A stretch of DNA of 64,000 nt from Takakia lepidozioides (GCA_030704615.1 CM060733.1:66154001-66218000); one strand, 5' to 3'. Shown: positions 47,918 through 63,800, numbered from the stretch's first letter. The notes: generated by a model not told the origin, from the letters alone. Translations and numbers: made by a program.

Positions 47918-50179
47918 GCGTAAAAATTTGCTCACCTGGTTCCACCCTCTGACTAGCTGGCTTCACATCAACCCTAGATGATATGTCATCCAAGGGACAA
48001 GATTGCATTCCACTAATCTCCCTCTGACAACCAGGTTCCAGAAATGGAACCACCCGTTCCATGCTCCCGCCCCCAATGGCACGACTGGCCATGCCACTTG
48101 TGCATCCTTGGGAGTTCTGCTTCAAAATGCCCAAAGGAAAATCTAGAGCAGGTTTTTACGTATATAAATTCTTTTTTAAAGTGCCTAAAGAGAATATTCC
48201 AGATTTAATAATTATTAGGCACTCAAGTGCCTAATCTGCCCTTCCAACTACGGTACTCCAAGAAAAATGAGGTCAGATAAAAATTGCCGTGGGCTGTTTT
48301 GTGCTACAATTTTTTTCAGATTCAGTTGTACACCACACAAAGAGGTGGGGCCACACGTAAAATACTGAAAATATCTACCAACTATATCAGCTAAGAGTGG
48401 GAGATGATGATGCATGTTCAAGGTTTTGTGTATTACCAACTAAATGGTCCAAGGTGCAAGGGAAGGTGTCATGGCTCTTTCTTTCCAATCCATGAAATGC
48501 CGTTCCCTACGGTTCTCTCCAAGTCTGACTGGACACCCCATTGCCCTCCTAACCCACCAGCTAGATTTGCACCTTACAAGGTTCTCCCAGCAATAGTGAC
48601 AAAGATGGTGTGAGGTGACCACCTAGTGAACCACCCAATACAAGGCCTTGGTCTTGCAATGGCCAAGCTTGGCTCCATGAACAAGCTGGTTGCACAAAGC
48701 AAATTTTAACAGAAGGTTCCTCTGGAGGATATCCTTGGTATAGGACAGTTCGCAATCTCGATCAACAAGCAGACCACCAGAAAAGCTGTCCAGGTCAGTG
48801 CATTGAGCTCTTTACTGTGAAACAGATGTCGACAAATGTGAGGTGATAATTTTTTTGCATTATCATCAGTGCAACAAGTAAAGTGAAGTAACCTGCACTT
48901 CATAGTATGTCCTGTTGAACATCCATCAACTTCACTGTGTGAGAGACCACAGTTTGAGATTCTGCGCACCCTTCGTTATGATACAGTTACATCCAAGTAA
49001 ACAGACCCATGCCTCTATAATCTGCATATTAGTACATTGCGCAAAGTCTTTTGAGAAACTCACTTTTTCCTCCATCTCCAGCCCAACCAATGCCTCAAGA
49101 TTAAACTTCCCCGCATCAACATTATTTCCACAAATTTCAGAGCACTGCTTTAAAGAAGAAGAAAGGAAAAGTTCAGCACACTTTTCAGACACTGCCAATT
49201 GATACCCAGCTTATCTATACAAAAAAATCAATTTAAATGATAAACAACTTATAAACTCAACTACTGTTCCACATAACCCCTGCATGTATGTCACCAATTC
49301 TACAAATTCTTTATGCTTCTGTAGAACATCTTTTGTACAGAATTGTCAGTATCACCTCTGATCAGAAACCTTCAATGTAGTCCAAAGCTGGTCTCCACTG
49401 CATAAGAAGCTTATGTGCAGATGTCAGATGCATTGACACCAGCAAATAACTGCACATCCACAAAGTTCTTCATTACGTTCTCAAACCACATTTTGTCTCT
49501 GGTGCTCATGGCAGCACCAAAGAGCTACTTAACTGTGAAAAAGCCTGTAGATTGGCTCTAAATGTAATACACATATGACTAGCAAGATCTTTCAAGCATA
49601 CTATCTTTGTACACACAATTCTAAGACAAAGGCATAACCACCAGTCATACCTTTTCAAAGCGGCGCTCAAAAAATGGAATCCAACAACAAACTCCACTCG
49701 TGAAAGACATCAGCTGCCTGTGAGCCTAAGCAAAAGAGATTCAACACCAGCATAACAGTGAGCACTGTGACCAAACAAGGGTATGAGAATAAAATGCAAT
49801 TCCAGAACAACAGCTGTTAAGAGTTGAACAAAGCAAAGCATAGCAAAGATTGGAAGCAGCCTTGACAGCACGTTGAAAGAATATCAGAATACCCCTCGGC
49901 TAAAGTTCTGGGGAGGGCCTGCGGGTGTTGCCTTGCCTATGCCTGCTTAGCTTCCCCTTTGATTTGGGCATCTGCAACTCCACAACCCAACAACCAGAGT
50001 TTCATCCAGAAATTAGTCTAGACACCAATTTGACTAACATGGACTGGCCCCGATCTTGTGCAGATCAGAGAAGGTCAACATCAATGATAAACCTCCAGCT
50101 TGCAGGCTCTACTTGGAACCACTACATCTATGCAACTTCTTTTGACGGGGTTCATCTCAATTTTCGACACATACCAAAT

Positions 50180-53100
50180 CAACTTTTGCTTTCGTTACAT
50201 GAACAGACATGGGGGTGCCACACCATCTTTTGCATGCACTCCCACAAGGGATGGCTGACAACCTCAACTGCAGGGGAAGGAGCACCAATAGGAAGAGGAC
50301 GCAGGAGGGTGGACATAGGCTCCGGCTGCTGTTGTCTGCCATAGTTGATGGCCGTTGCCAGCTCGTCACAATTGTCAGCAAGTTTGGCATCCTTGCTCTT
50401 CAATTCTGCTCTCAGCTCCTCAACATACCTTCTCATCTGTTCCATCACCTGCTCCTCCCACCTGTACCACTTCAGTTGCCAGTCTCCACCATGCATACAG
50501 TACCATTTAGCTTACTTCTCCGCACTAGAGATCATGGATGCTCTTTGCATCCATTGGTGACAATGAGCCAAATACAGGGCACATGTTGCTCAACACAGAC
50601 ACAAAGGGTTCCCAAAGGGAGAATACAAGGGAGGAAGCTACTCATCTGCAAATTGCTAGAGCTTGAACAAACCCCCTGCCATTGAACCAGGAAACAGGTT
50701 GCACATACACAACTGGCTACCTCTCTGTTTTCAGCAGCATGGCTGAGAACATCAACACTGCGGTCCACCTCATCCTTCATAAGGCGAAGGGCTTGATCAC
50801 GTGCTTCCACTCCCTTTCGTAGCACTTCCACCTCTATATTAACATCCTTCATGAGCTTCTCCATCTGCCGCAGGGCCTGTGTGTAAGACCCCAATGAAGC
50901 GTGTCAGCATTCTCAAGGCACAATCCCTTCTACTCCCACCAGGAAAAGCAGTCCGAGTTAGCAACTACAGACCTGGATGTAGAATGGAGAGAATTCATCA
51001 ATCTGACCTGCTCAGCACGCACGGCCCGGTGATTCTCACCGAGCTCTTGCTGCAGCTCCTTCACCATCACCTTGTGACTGTCCACCTGCTGACTCAACTC
51101 CAATTCACGCTCTTTGCTGGCATTCAAATCCTGCAAACATTCGCAGAATGTTGAATGCAAGTCTCCATACCTCACCAGGCTCACAGACCAAAAAAGGGGG
51201 ACAGCAGCATAAGCCCTCATTCTTTACCTGCTTGATCTGAGCTGCAAGCCTCAGAGCATCAGTGCTGCAAACAGTCTCATTCTTAATTTCCTCCAACAGC
51301 GCATCTCTGGACCGCACCTCCTCCTCCAATCTCATAACGTGAGCAGACAAAAGCTCCACTCTTTTCTCTGCATTATTTACAGCCTGCACATATGGCACAC
51401 CACCATGTCAGTAACAATTCCAAACACAGCAAGGCCAACTTTTAGAAAACTCCCCAAACTCAACTTTGTTGGCGTCTTCATGAGCATTTGCATGTGTTGG
51501 AAGAGGATCAAATGTGTCCTCTGTCAAAATTCCCACTACTAGCCTTCATCAAAGCATCCAAGTGTTTGGGAACATCATCCCTGATACCAGATGCAAACGG
51601 AAACTGCTTTTAGCTTTGCCTCAAGCATGTCAAGTTGACAGATAGAGTTGCAGAGTAGGGTTTAGGGTATAGGGTTTGATACATCAGAGGAAAGTCTCAT
51701 CCTCAAAGAAATACAAACTCATACTTGCAAATTGAACACATAGGCTCACTTTACACAAGTGAGTAAGCTTGCTGTTCAAAAGTTAGCAACCAGCTACTAT
51801 TTGAATATTGGGTATGTAACCTAAGTAGGGGGTTCTTGACATACTTCACTCCAGCACCAAGAGCTGACAAGCTTGTGTTTTGGTTTCAGCCTGTTCAGTT
51901 CAGAGCATCACAATTCTTGTGGATCTGCAACTTCTTTCGCTTTAACTCCCTCTTTGGCTTTGTATCCCTCCTCTGCTCTCACCAACCAAGACATGGCCAA
52001 CTTGAACTGTGGTGAAGCCAACTGTGTGCTGTCCCACTGTACGAACCAATTGCTGAAAAAAAGGAGAGAAGCCAGAGGGGCTTGGTAATTTACCAGCTAA
52101 TTACTGTTCAGTGGCTTGGCTACTTTTTCTCACAAACACTCCATGACTTCATCAGTGGTCATCTCAAGCTTTCAGCTAACTTCCAGAAATTGAATATTGG
52201 ACAAAACACAATTGCCATACAGAGAGCCCACGGATTGGTGCCAACTCAGTAGTGTAGCTTATGACCATTTTGGAAACTGCAGCCTTTTTTACTTCAGCCG
52301 CTGCTGCAGGACACCTCTACTTCATGAACAACAGTAGAATGGGCTGGAGTTCAGCAAAGATCAGATACACTTACATCACGAGTCTTAGAAGCAGACATAA
52401 GCATGTTAGAGTTGCGCCATGCTTCTTCACGAATTGCCAGCACTGTCTTCTCTTTGCTCTGCACCAGCCCCTGCACGCAAGTCCATATTATCCCTTCAAC
52501 CAATGCTAGTTTATGCTTATGTTTAATGCTGAGTGCAGATGATAAAGTCACAATTTTGTAGCTGGCAGAAGACTATACCGCACTGAGGGCAATGTGGCTT
52601 GCTATTGAATACAGATCTAGCTCTAGTAAAAACTTGGCTAGCTGCTTGCAAGTCAAGATTGAGATGTGAACCCTTCACTGTAAACGTACAAGACATCCCA
52701 CAATCAACAGTTACAAGGACACACCTGCAAGGTCGCGATCTCTGACAAAAGGTCTCTAACTTTAGCTTCCGCAACCTGTGAAGTTTGCTCCCACATCACT
52801 GCTTTCTGAACAGCAGTTGCAGAGATTTCCATCTCTAGTTGCAGTGCGTTCTTCCCGCGCTCCACTTGTTGTTCAAGCTCCTTTACTTGGTCATCTGCTA
52901 CTGACAGTGCCTGCATGGAGAGCCAGCCAAAATCTGCACTTACATGAGATTACGTCCCATGGAAAGTTGACACTTTTGCATCAGCTTCCAAGTGAGAATA
53001 TCTTAATGTAGGGTCTATAGATCGAACATTCAATTGGTCATCACAATTGGTCATCTCTGTCACTCCTGTTGTTGTCAGTAGACCCCACTCCAGCTTCCAA

Positions 53101-56100
53101 GAGAGAATATCTTTATAGAGGGTCTAGAGATCAAACATTCAATTAGACATCCCTGTCACTCCTGTTGTTGTCCAGCTTCAACAGTTGTACAGTAGAACAG
53201 TAGACCCCACTCAGTAGTCTAATGTCATCAAAAACATCGCCTGTGAAAACATGTGCAAGATTGCCAAGCACAGTAGAACACATGCTAACTCTCTATCACC
53301 CATCCAACTGGCTTCTAACACACATGGTTCAATGGCTACAAATGTATGTTAATGCTGGTGGGACTTCTTTATATGAGCTAGCACGTCATTAATGTTTGAT
53401 TACCTATTGCCAGAACATTCCAGGTCTCACTTACCAGCATCCAGTGCACAAGGTTGTGCCCTCCCTTACCTACCTTCATGACCAACTGCTCAACCTACTA
53501 CAAAGTAAATACTAAGAGACACAGAGACACTGGGCTGACCCCACCATGCCCAACCAGGTCGAGTTGCGATAACACCAGGAGCTCTTTCTTTGTCTGTCAG
53601 CACTAGTAGAATGTAGTACAGACTAGGCTGAAAAACCAAAACTTATCGTTGATGGTCGACACCTCCACAGAGATAGAAGAAGGGATAAGCTCCTTGGGCT
53701 TCCACTAGAATGTATCCGAAAACCACTAGTTGGTGTAAAGCTTAGATAAAAAAAATTAACATACCAATAGTGCTTTTGATGACAGCGCTAGTGTATTTGG
53801 AGTACAGTCCTCTGCCTGTCGCTGGAAGCCGATGGTAGAATCCAGCTGCTCCTGCAAAGAGCTCATCTTCCTTCTGGCGGCCACCATAGCCTGTAGGAAG
53901 ACGTGCTCAACCACAACTGCACAATTTAGTAGTGCATTTGTTTTGTCAGAGATTCACATGGCATAAACATTTCAATTCAATTACAAATTTGCACACCTGC
54001 GTAGCCATTTGAAGCGACTTGGAGGAAAGTATGGCCTCCTTTTGCAATAGCTCAAGAAGCACATCACGACAAGCTAGATCTGCATGCAGCTGCTCCACTT
54101 CTGCTGCGAGCTGTGCTGCATTGTTCAGGGCCTGAAATCGACCATAACCGTAAACCCTTAGAATGCGGTCATGTCCTATACGTGAAATCTTGAATAAGAT
54201 AGTCAAACCTGGAGAAAAAACTGCTGGTGCCCATTAGAAACACAACCTGAAAACTTTATTTCAATGTCTATGGGGAAAATTTAGATAGAAGGAATGACAA
54301 GAAAGCAAGAAAACATCCTCAACAGAATCAAAGTTCCTACAAGGCAAACACAGTAATGCTATGGAGGAATGTACTGCCGAACAATGTTGTACCAAGGACT
54401 TCAGACTCTTCCATAATCTTTTTCACATGCAATATAGCTTACTAATCCACCTTCCTGTCACTTGGTCTTAGCAAATGAGCCAGCAACAACCATAATCAGC
54501 TGGCAAGTGCTAGATGTTGGTTGGAGCTTCAAAATAATGACCTAGTGGTACAGGCCCTTCGTAGGCACCCGATGAGCCAATACACGTACCAGCCAGACAA
54601 GAAGGTGGTAGCTGATGAGATGTTCAGCCATTCAAAGGTGCTAACATAGAAATATATATGACCAACTGCTTAGCAGCCCCCTTCATCCACCTCTGACTAA
54701 GATGTACTGACAGGGAGGTGTCTGTGTCGCAGCGAAACTTGTTTTCTGTCATAATGCAGTTTGGCTGATCTCTAGCCTCAAATAACAGGCCATTCGCTAC
54801 TTGCATCCAGGAAAGGCTTTCTTGATAAAGCCTCTGTCAAAAAGGCTCCTCACAAAGTGCAAGCAATCTTCTAGTTCAAGCAATCTCTGCAACGAAAAGC
54901 TGCAGAAATTTGGCAAGGCTATAATAAGTGGAACAGTATTTGTCAGCAGGGAAAAGTAGATTGGAGATGATTGTGGGGCCTTGGCAAATAGAATTCAGTT
55001 CAAGCTAATTTTGACAGATAGCTAAGATATATATAGTGGTCAAAGCAGAAATGGTTCATGAGGACCATGGGAGTCTTTGGGTCTTTCTGAAACCACCTCA
55101 TCGATAACACTAAATCTCTGAGATTAAGCCTCTGACCTGGGTTTCCACCTCCAACAACAGGGCCTTGCTCTGTCCCTCTCCTTCACTTTCTTCCTGCAAG
55201 CCACAGCATTTATCACCTCAAGAGTGGGTAAATTTGACAGGTGGCTGCCATCATAGAGGAACATCTAAAGTATAACTACAAGGGCCTCAAATGCAATACT
55301 ACATCATGCAAAGATGCTGTTGAGATCTGTGGGATGTGCCAAGCATAGATTGCATGTAACATTCATGGTTCTCTCCATGCACAAGAACCAAGTTGTACCA
55401 GTTAGTTCAAGTCTGATATTTGCGTACCAGCTAAGTCACATCTCTGGTTGTACAGATTACATAATGCAGGGATAAGTCAATTCGTTGAGAGATTCATTGC
55501 AGTCAGAAGGTCACTTCAGGGGTACGGAAGTATCAGTTCTACACTACAATGAAAGATAAGGTACAATTCATGACTGAACTGCAGAGACATCAGCCCGGTA
55601 ACCCTGCAGCCAAGCAGTTAAGACTTGTACAGAGGTAGTACAAAACATATTTTCCAGTAAAGAGAGCTTTCACATAGTACAGAATTAATGCCTCCTAAAG
55701 CTGATATGGAACTTATCATTGGTAGTCATTCAAATCTTCTGACCATCTGGATAACTTAGTCTTCGATCTGTTCACACTGTGCCGTTGTTAGCCCAGATTG
55801 GGCCAAGACAGGGCTGAGCCAAGACTACGGAGTCATAGGATCATGCAATTTGATGCAAACTCTTGTAGTCTAATTTGCACCAAACCCCAACGAAATTCTA
55901 TAAGATCCAAGATAAGAAAGTGTATTCCACAACTTCTGAAAGGCGTACATAATTTGTAAGATGATGTGAACATGGTGCAACATGATGGTCAATATCCTTG
56001 AAACTCACCTATGATGGGTAAGGCTGAAGAGTTGGGTGCCTTGTTCCACATCCACAGTTTGATCCTAGAGCAATAATTGCATGTCAAGTGGAAAGACAAC

Positions 56101-56960
56101 AATGCAGCAGCCAAGGTAAAGGAGACCAGAAACCCACGGAAGGCATGCCCAAAAGCCTATCATGAATTTGAGACACTGATGCTCCCAGCTCCTGCAAGCA
56201 GTTCCAAGTAAAATCATCATCAGAAATGAAGAGTGATGAAACATAACACGCCATTCATTCTCCAACAAATTTGGAGGGAAACTGCGACGCAGGGCTTCTT
56301 ATCTGTGAGAAGACATTGGCATGGTGAAAATCCCATGGGAATAGGATAGGAAAGTAGAGTATTTTAGACAGTTTTAGGATTTTGCTGAGAGTCCTGACCC
56401 AGTGGCTACCAGCTGACACCATCCTCCCCATCTAGTTGGTAGGTCGGATGTTTACCTGTTGGCCCCACCTTTTGAAAAAGAACCCTGCTACCGTGCCCTC
56501 ACCACCGGACTATCTGTTGGAAGCTTGCAGGAAGACTAACATGGTCTTGCAACATAACATCTTGCGATGCAAATTCACCAGTGTAATGACATTATCCCTC
56601 AGAATTGACTCCGATTCAAACATGCCACTTTCTTTGGTTCATTCAATTTCTAAGCTGCGCTACACACACCTCTTGTCGCTTGGCGAGACCATCTTCAAGC
56701 CCATCAAGGGTGTGTGTGACTGCCTCCAGTAATCTGCTTGCCTGCTGATAAGCTCTTGCTGCACGCCTGGTCTCTGCCTGCCCTGCCCACCTTTCTATAT
56801 TTATCTGCTCTTTTTCAGCTTCCTCCTCTGGAGCGGGCTTGGACTCGTTTGTGACATTCTCTGTGGGCTTCACGTATAATCTGCAAAAGCGGAGAAACTC
56901 AACAGGATAAACAACTAGACAGTTTGAACTAGCAGAGACAAAGAAGACAATAAGAAGGCC

Positions 56961-57002
<42 letters not shown>

Positions 57003-57685
57003 CACCCGCAAATGCAGCTGGGAAAGGAATTGCATGGGGCAGGAAATACATGGAAAGTGATTACCCTTGATCGTCAGAGCAAGCCAAATCAACGGGACTG
57101 GAGGCCCGGGCTTGAATAGTACTGGCATCACCGTTTTCTGAAACTCTCGGTCAAACGTAAGGAAAACCAATCAATGCATCCTTCTGTCCATCTCCATCCC
57201 TCCCAGGGTCAACATTTTCAAGATTTTGTATACAATGTCTATAAGTTCATGTGCGTAGATCTTCTCTACAACTTCCATCGCTCTCTTTCTCTCTCTTTCT
57301 CTCTATACATTACCTCTTTGCTATTCAAATGTGTAAGCAAGGCACATGTGTAAGAGAAAAAAGAGTACCGGAGCTACAACGAGAGATTTGAAAAAAGAGC
57401 GATGAAGACTTTCGCCTCTTGTCTGCCGATCCCAGCGAAAGGTGCGTGCTTGTAGCATAGGACAGCTGCCTCGCATACCCATTTGTGTTCCATGCCAAGT
57501 AATCTCTTTGCCAGCAGTGGGAGGTTGGCGTTGCCATGAGCAGCATCGGAGGGCAGACCCTCAGCCAGTCGGCTTGGCAGCATGCTGACCCCGCCCTTGT
57601 ACGCAGCACCATCTCCGCACCAGTACCGACAAGCAGGCCCACCTAAAGTCGAGACACGGAATGGATGATCAGGCCACATTGACAT
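50180..57685 (-). CDS. Multi-exon host gene, long coiled-coil protein of unknown function (boundaries approximate)
   Basis: Heptad-rich exons with GT-AG ends, e.g. ~56668-56880, 53997-54131, 52775-52910, 51228-51384, 50720-50877, 50250-50490; putative first exon ~57478-57685. Confidence 0.6.
56965..56998. repeat. (AG)17 microsatellite
   Basis: Direct read. Confidence 0.95.
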
Positions 57686-57873
57686 CCATGAGAACGGAAG
57701 TTACGTCGCCAACAACGATATTAACATCCTTGAATGAATGAATGAACGAATGAATGGATAAAAGTAGGTCAGTACAAACAGAGTGCGGGCTCAGCTCTTT
57801 TTGTTGCAGAGCAGAATGTGCAACGCCGTGCCCGATCTTGCCCTCCTTGCCTTTCTCACAGCCCCTGACAGAC

Positions 57874-60800
57874 ATGGTGGGGTTTTTTTACCGACGTGCG
57901 AAACGAGCTGCAGAGTTCTTCCACTCTGCCTCCCGGTGTATACCTGCAGAATTGAACTTGGATTCGATCTCTTGGTCTTCCCACGTAATATATGATCGCA
58001 GTAGAAACTATAGGGCATGGGCCTGTTCAGACCGGGAGATCTCAAAAATTTCCAAGTTTTATTTTAACCCCAGACTGACCACCATTTTCTCTTCTGACCA
58101 TGGCATTGGTGGAAAATTTTCGGATGGGTTCGCCCATCCTGCCCCAGTTGGAGTAGGAAATGTCCGGTCATTCTCGGAGTGCAAATCACAGTCGTCGGCA
58201 GCTTCTTTGGAGGCAGCCGCGGCTGCAGAGAAGGAGAGGATAGATGTGACTCAGTATCCTCAATCACTGGTACGAAATTTCTCCATCATTGCGCATGTCG
58301 ATCATGGCAAGTCGACACTGGCCGATCGATTGCTGGAGCTGACCGGCACTATACGCAAAGGCCACGGGCAGCCGCAGTATCTGGACAAACTACAGGTACA
58401 ATTACTGCATTATGTCCTTCAGATACTCTCTAATATGGACGACCAAGGAGGCTGCTCAAAGGTATCCCCACTCGACCGTAACTCCCGTGTCAAATGAAGC
58501 GAAGTTGCGCACAAATTGTCAGGATGCTACTAAACCCTAAACCCTGAACCTGAAACCCTCATTACCACTGCCTTCACTTCGCCACACGGAGATGGAATCA
58601 CTAAAGCCAATCTAGCAACTAAGTTAATCTAGCCATGGGATCAATGCTTTTCTGATTTTGGTATTTTGTTGTTGTGGAGAAGCTTCCATTGGTTGTGGAG
58701 AACCCGTTGTTGACTGTTGGAACTTGAACATGTCCAATTCCAGAACCCGATTATCAGTAGTCAATGATCATTGCCTGGTCTTCACACACAAATGCACCTC
58801 ATGATTTGCTTTCATTTGGCAACTTTGGGCGTAGGTGGAAAGAGAGAGAGGAATCACAGTTAAAGCGCAGACAGCGACCATGATCTATGACTATGTCCCA
58901 GAGGGCAACAACCGAGGATTTGAGGATACAGGAGCAGTGGCTAGAAAGAGGCAGTTTCTCTTAAATTTGATTGACACACCAGGACATGTGGATTTCAGCT
59001 ACGAGGTTTCAAGGTCTCTGGCAGCTTGCCAAGGTGTCCTCCTCCTTGTTGATGCTTCTCAAGGGGTGCAAGCTCAGACGGTGGCCAATTTTTTACTGGC
59101 ATTTGAAGCAGATTTAGCAATCATTCCAGTTATCAACAAGATTGACCAGCCTACCGCCGATCCAGAGGGGGTCAAAACGCAGCTGAAGTCCTTGTTTGAT
59201 TTGGACCCCCAGAAGGTGCTCCTTACGTCCGCCAAAACCGGAGAAGGACTCGGACAAGTGTTGCCTGCAGTGATAGAGCGAATTCCCCACCCAAGAGGCA
59301 TTGCCCAATCGCCCCTCCGGATGCTGCTTCTTGACTCCTATTATGATGAATACAAGGGGGTGATTTGTCATGTGGCAGTGGTGGATGGTATACTAAAGAA
59401 GGGAGACAAGATTGAGTCAGCTGCGAGCAGGCAAAGCTACGAGGTCATGGACGTTGGTATTTTACATCCCGAGCTGACTCCTACAGGGATACTTTTGACA
59501 GGGCAAGTGGGGTAAGTCCAATTCCAATCAGTACAACTAAGTCAGTACTGAGTTTCTGGGAAGACTGGTACAAACTTGAGAATTGCTGTCATCTTTCATC
59601 AGTGAGTTTCCATGGTATGGGAACTCACATGTTGTTAGATGAGTAGGGGAAGTGTCCTGACTGCAATAGTTTGTTACATGAGGGATGCAGGAGATGACGA
59701 CCTTGCTAATATCACCTGGGCATTTCTGGTATGCTCATTGTCTGTGTTGTCCATGTGCACCCTAAGTTACTTAGATTGATGCTTTAGAGAGACTGCTTGA
59801 AACAAAGAGTGCACGGATGGATTTTTGGTTGGCCAGCAGGTATGTAGTTTCTGGCATGCGCACCACCAAGGAAGCATGCATTGGGGACACATTGTACCAC
59901 ACACGCACTGTTGTTGAACCCCTTCCCGGTACCATTCCTTCTATCTTCTCCTGAACTCTTTATATCTTGTCATCTGACCTTAGAGACTGGTTTGTTGTAT
60001 CATGATTTTTTAGTCCTGCATACTAGAAGGCCCTTTTGAATTGATGCTGAAAGTCTAGTTAAAGATGATATGTACAGGGTTCAAATCAGCAAAGCACATG
60101 GTGTTTGCTGGGGTGTATCCAGCTGATGGTTCAGACTATGACGCTCTCTGCCATGCCATTGAGCGATTGACATGCAATGATGCAAGTGTTTCAGTTGCGA
60201 AAGAAAGTAGTGGAGCGTTGGGCATTGGATTCCGGTATGTGGTTATTTTCACAATATTCCACTGAGTCAAAGTCTTCAATGGTTAGTAATAAGATGTAGA
60301 ATTATAGGACTCTGTCATAGTTTCGATGGAAGTAGACAAGTTGGGCATGTGTTACATCTCGACGTGCTTCCATGTGTAGGTGCGGCTTTCTGGGGCTTCT
60401 TCACATGGATGTTTTCCATCAGCGATTGGAGCAGGTAAAAGTGTAGCTTTTAGACCTTAATTAGCCAACTCATGTGCTCTCATTTCATCACTCTAGCCAG
60501 TTGGTGGTTGGTGGTTCAGTTTATTAGAAATATGTGCTAAAGTTTCTGGCTTCCTGTACGCTCACTCCATGACGGATCTCTTCCAAATTATCCATCTGAC
60601 CATGCATTCTACCGGTGCTGGTTTGGCCAGGAATATGGAGCTCAAGTGATTACAACCACCCCAACTGTGCCCTATGTCGTTGAATATGCAGACGGAAGGT
60701 AATCGTGGACTTCTCAGTTGGTTTGTGGTTATCTCATATGATACTTGTTCAGGGATACCGGCCCTCTACGTTGGACATCCATCCATCATAGTAATTTGAT

Positions 60801-63800
60801 GGAAACGACGACAAATTAGTGATTGTTTTATTGGCCAATCTTGGGTTCTTTGTCCAATTCAGGGTTGTGACATCATGGGATAGTTTTACAGTCCAGGAGC
60901 CAGAGTAAGTTGCTCTTAAGTCCTAAGTGGAGGGAGCAGGGGTAAAATATTGGCATGGATGGAGGATGACATCATGCCATGTCAGCTGCATACTGTGTTG
61001 TCCATGTGAAACGTTGAACAGAGGCCTGTATGTGTGTCATAAGCTGTGCACTATCTGCAGGTAGTCCCATTCATCCCAGATGAAGCAACCCTTGCAAGAG
61101 CTTCTAGAATCCACGTCAGCTCTACTTTAAACTACACAAAGGTCGATAAGATTGGTAATGAATGCCCAAAACCCATTCCTGTGTCACCTGAACCATGCTT
61201 ATGTAATCAATTAGTGGCCATTAGACTTGTTTTGCCTGTACTCCCTGCTTAATGGAATGAGTAATAGTTATTGTTGCAGATGGCCCAGTCCATGACAAGT
61301 TTGACTGGCAATCGTCTCTTGCAGCAAGGTGGACATTCAGAATCCTGCTGCTTTACCATCAAATCCTGGGAAACGAATTCTCACGTGCTGGGAACCAACA
61401 GTGATGGCCACCATTATCACTCCCAGTGAGTAAGCCCCCTTGCTCCTCTCTATTTTCCCTTGGCTTTTGTTGCAGCCCTTCACTTGCATAACAGATGCTT
61501 TTATAACAGGTAACTGGTAACCACTTGTCCCTCAAGCGGTGGATTATTAAGCCATGCAGACTCAAGCAACTCCTTGTGTTTTGCTCTCAATCCATTGTCA
61601 ATAGTTCAATTCCCAGGTACAATCCTTTTGCATTGGAGGAAGAGCTGTGATGAGCTGCTTGTTGTTTCTCACCTCACATCTGTCTGTTCCATCATGACCC
61701 TGTTAACACAGAGGGGGTCCTTGTGCCGCAGATACGTAGGCAGTTTGATGACTCTTTGCTCTGAGAGGAGGGGCCAGCAAACAGAGTACTCATTTGTTGA
61801 TGGGTAACTTTCCTTTCGTCAACAGCCCATATTTCAGCACTTTGGCTGGTGTTCTCTCTCCCCCCAATTTCTTTCTCACGCCCACACCCATCCACATGTG
61901 CCACATGTGCGGGGTCGGGGTTTTTTTAAGCATTTTTGTGGTTCCCTTCTTGTTGCAGTGTGCCCCATAGACCTTGTAGACCTAATAAAGTTCTTGGTCC
62001 TCTCTAGGAAATTCTCGTTTTGTCTGTTTCTATCTGACCTGGACACACACCCACACACTCTTATGTGCCACATGTGTGACAAGGTAATCACCTGACAGTG
62101 TCGGGGACAGGATACCAGCTGTTGTATCCACACTGTAAATCCCCAGCTCCTGTAATGGTACTGTCGTCAGCTGAGCAGTGCCATGGAATCTTGAGCTGAG
62201 TTCCATAATTGGATGTGCTTAAACCCCACTTCCAGGGGAGGGTAGTGTTCTTTGAGAAGCACAGCCTGAGGGGTATGTCACAGCCCATCAATCCGTATAT
62301 ACGATGCATGCAGTTTCACTGCCAAATCCCTCCAAACCAAATGAAGACAGGTTATGGCTATTAGGCTGGCAAACAGTGAGAAAAACACTGATGTTCTCAA
62401 AGGGAGGTGACTAGAAAATAGCTTATTCCAGCATTTGGGCAGGCGGTCTAATGATTGCATTTTTCAGTGCTATACATTTGGGTGGAAGTAAATGGATTCT
62501 ATGTTTCATCGGTGGGTCCAGACAGCGGGCCATGCTAAAGTACAGACTGCCATTGCGTGAAGTTGTGATTGATTTTTACAATGAGTTAAAGAGCATTACT
62601 TCAGGATATGCCTCATTTGACTACGAAGAAGCAGAGTGAGTTACCTGCTTTTCTCTCTCCTAATGTATGAGGAATTACCTTAAATAAGGGTCTGCATGTC
62701 GAATAGATGTTGCATTTGCCTGCATTAAATGTTGCCTTTTCTTAAGTTTTTGTACATTTTTCATATCTCCAATTGGTCAAAAAATCCCCAATCCATTTAT
62801 GATTGATATAGCTTTGATTTGTTTTTCTTGCCATCCGTTGAATTATATAATTATATCCCGGATTGGTATGCTAGGGTGTGCACTTCAAGGTGCTTAGGGG
62901 AAATTTGTTGCAGGGTAAATGTGCACAACCTTTGAACGATACTAGACTTTCAGTGCTGCTACTCTCAGCACTGATGTTTGTTCCCTGCATGGGGTCTTTT
63001 AATGAAAATTCCCCTGCAGATAAACTGCAGTGCCTGTAAATTCTCACCATGGGCTGAAACTATTTAATCATTAACATCATGGTTGTTCATATGCATATTG
63101 TGTTGCTAGAAGCCCCTTGGCCCCTTGAACATATATCTTCATTTGTTTTTGTAGGTTCTCGCAAAAGGAAAAAATAAAAGACGTTGCCTGAAAGTAGAAG
63201 TTGTGATGCTTGCAGATACCAGTCAGCAGATTTGGTAAAGCTTGATATTCTATTGAATGGGCAAGCTGTGGATGCACTGGCCTCAATTGTACACCGCTCC
63301 AAAGCACAACGTGCTGGCCGTGAACTTTGTGACAAATTGAAGAAAATTTTGGATAGGTACAACCTGGACATAAGTAGCATTGCAGATGCTAGAATCTTGG
63401 TCATTTGCTTATGGCCGTTTTTGAGATCTTTGAACACAGTTGAAAAATGTTATGAGCAGGTTCAATTAGGTTCAATGAGCAGGTTCAGGGGAACCACTTT
63501 GAAATTGTGGGTGAGAGTTGTGCATGGGCATACAGGCAAATGTTTGAAGTGGTGATCCAGGCAGCCCTTGGTACTAAAGTAGTTGCTCGTGAGACGTAAG
63601 TGGCCAACACCTTTTCATTTTATTGCATCTTGCATGTTTTTGTAGGGCAGGTCCACATATAGTTTTCTAAACATTTCCCTGTATTGCCAAAAGCTGGGAC
63701 ATCTCTCTGGTCTGGGCTGTAGTTAGAGTTTCGTCTTGGTAATGTGTATGTTGTTGGCTGTTATGGAAGTCCGATACTGCTACCAGCCAACCAGGAGGTT

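Noticed and set aside
48250-49700. Decayed hAT or CACTA transposase
   Set aside because: No diagnostic motifs could be recovered
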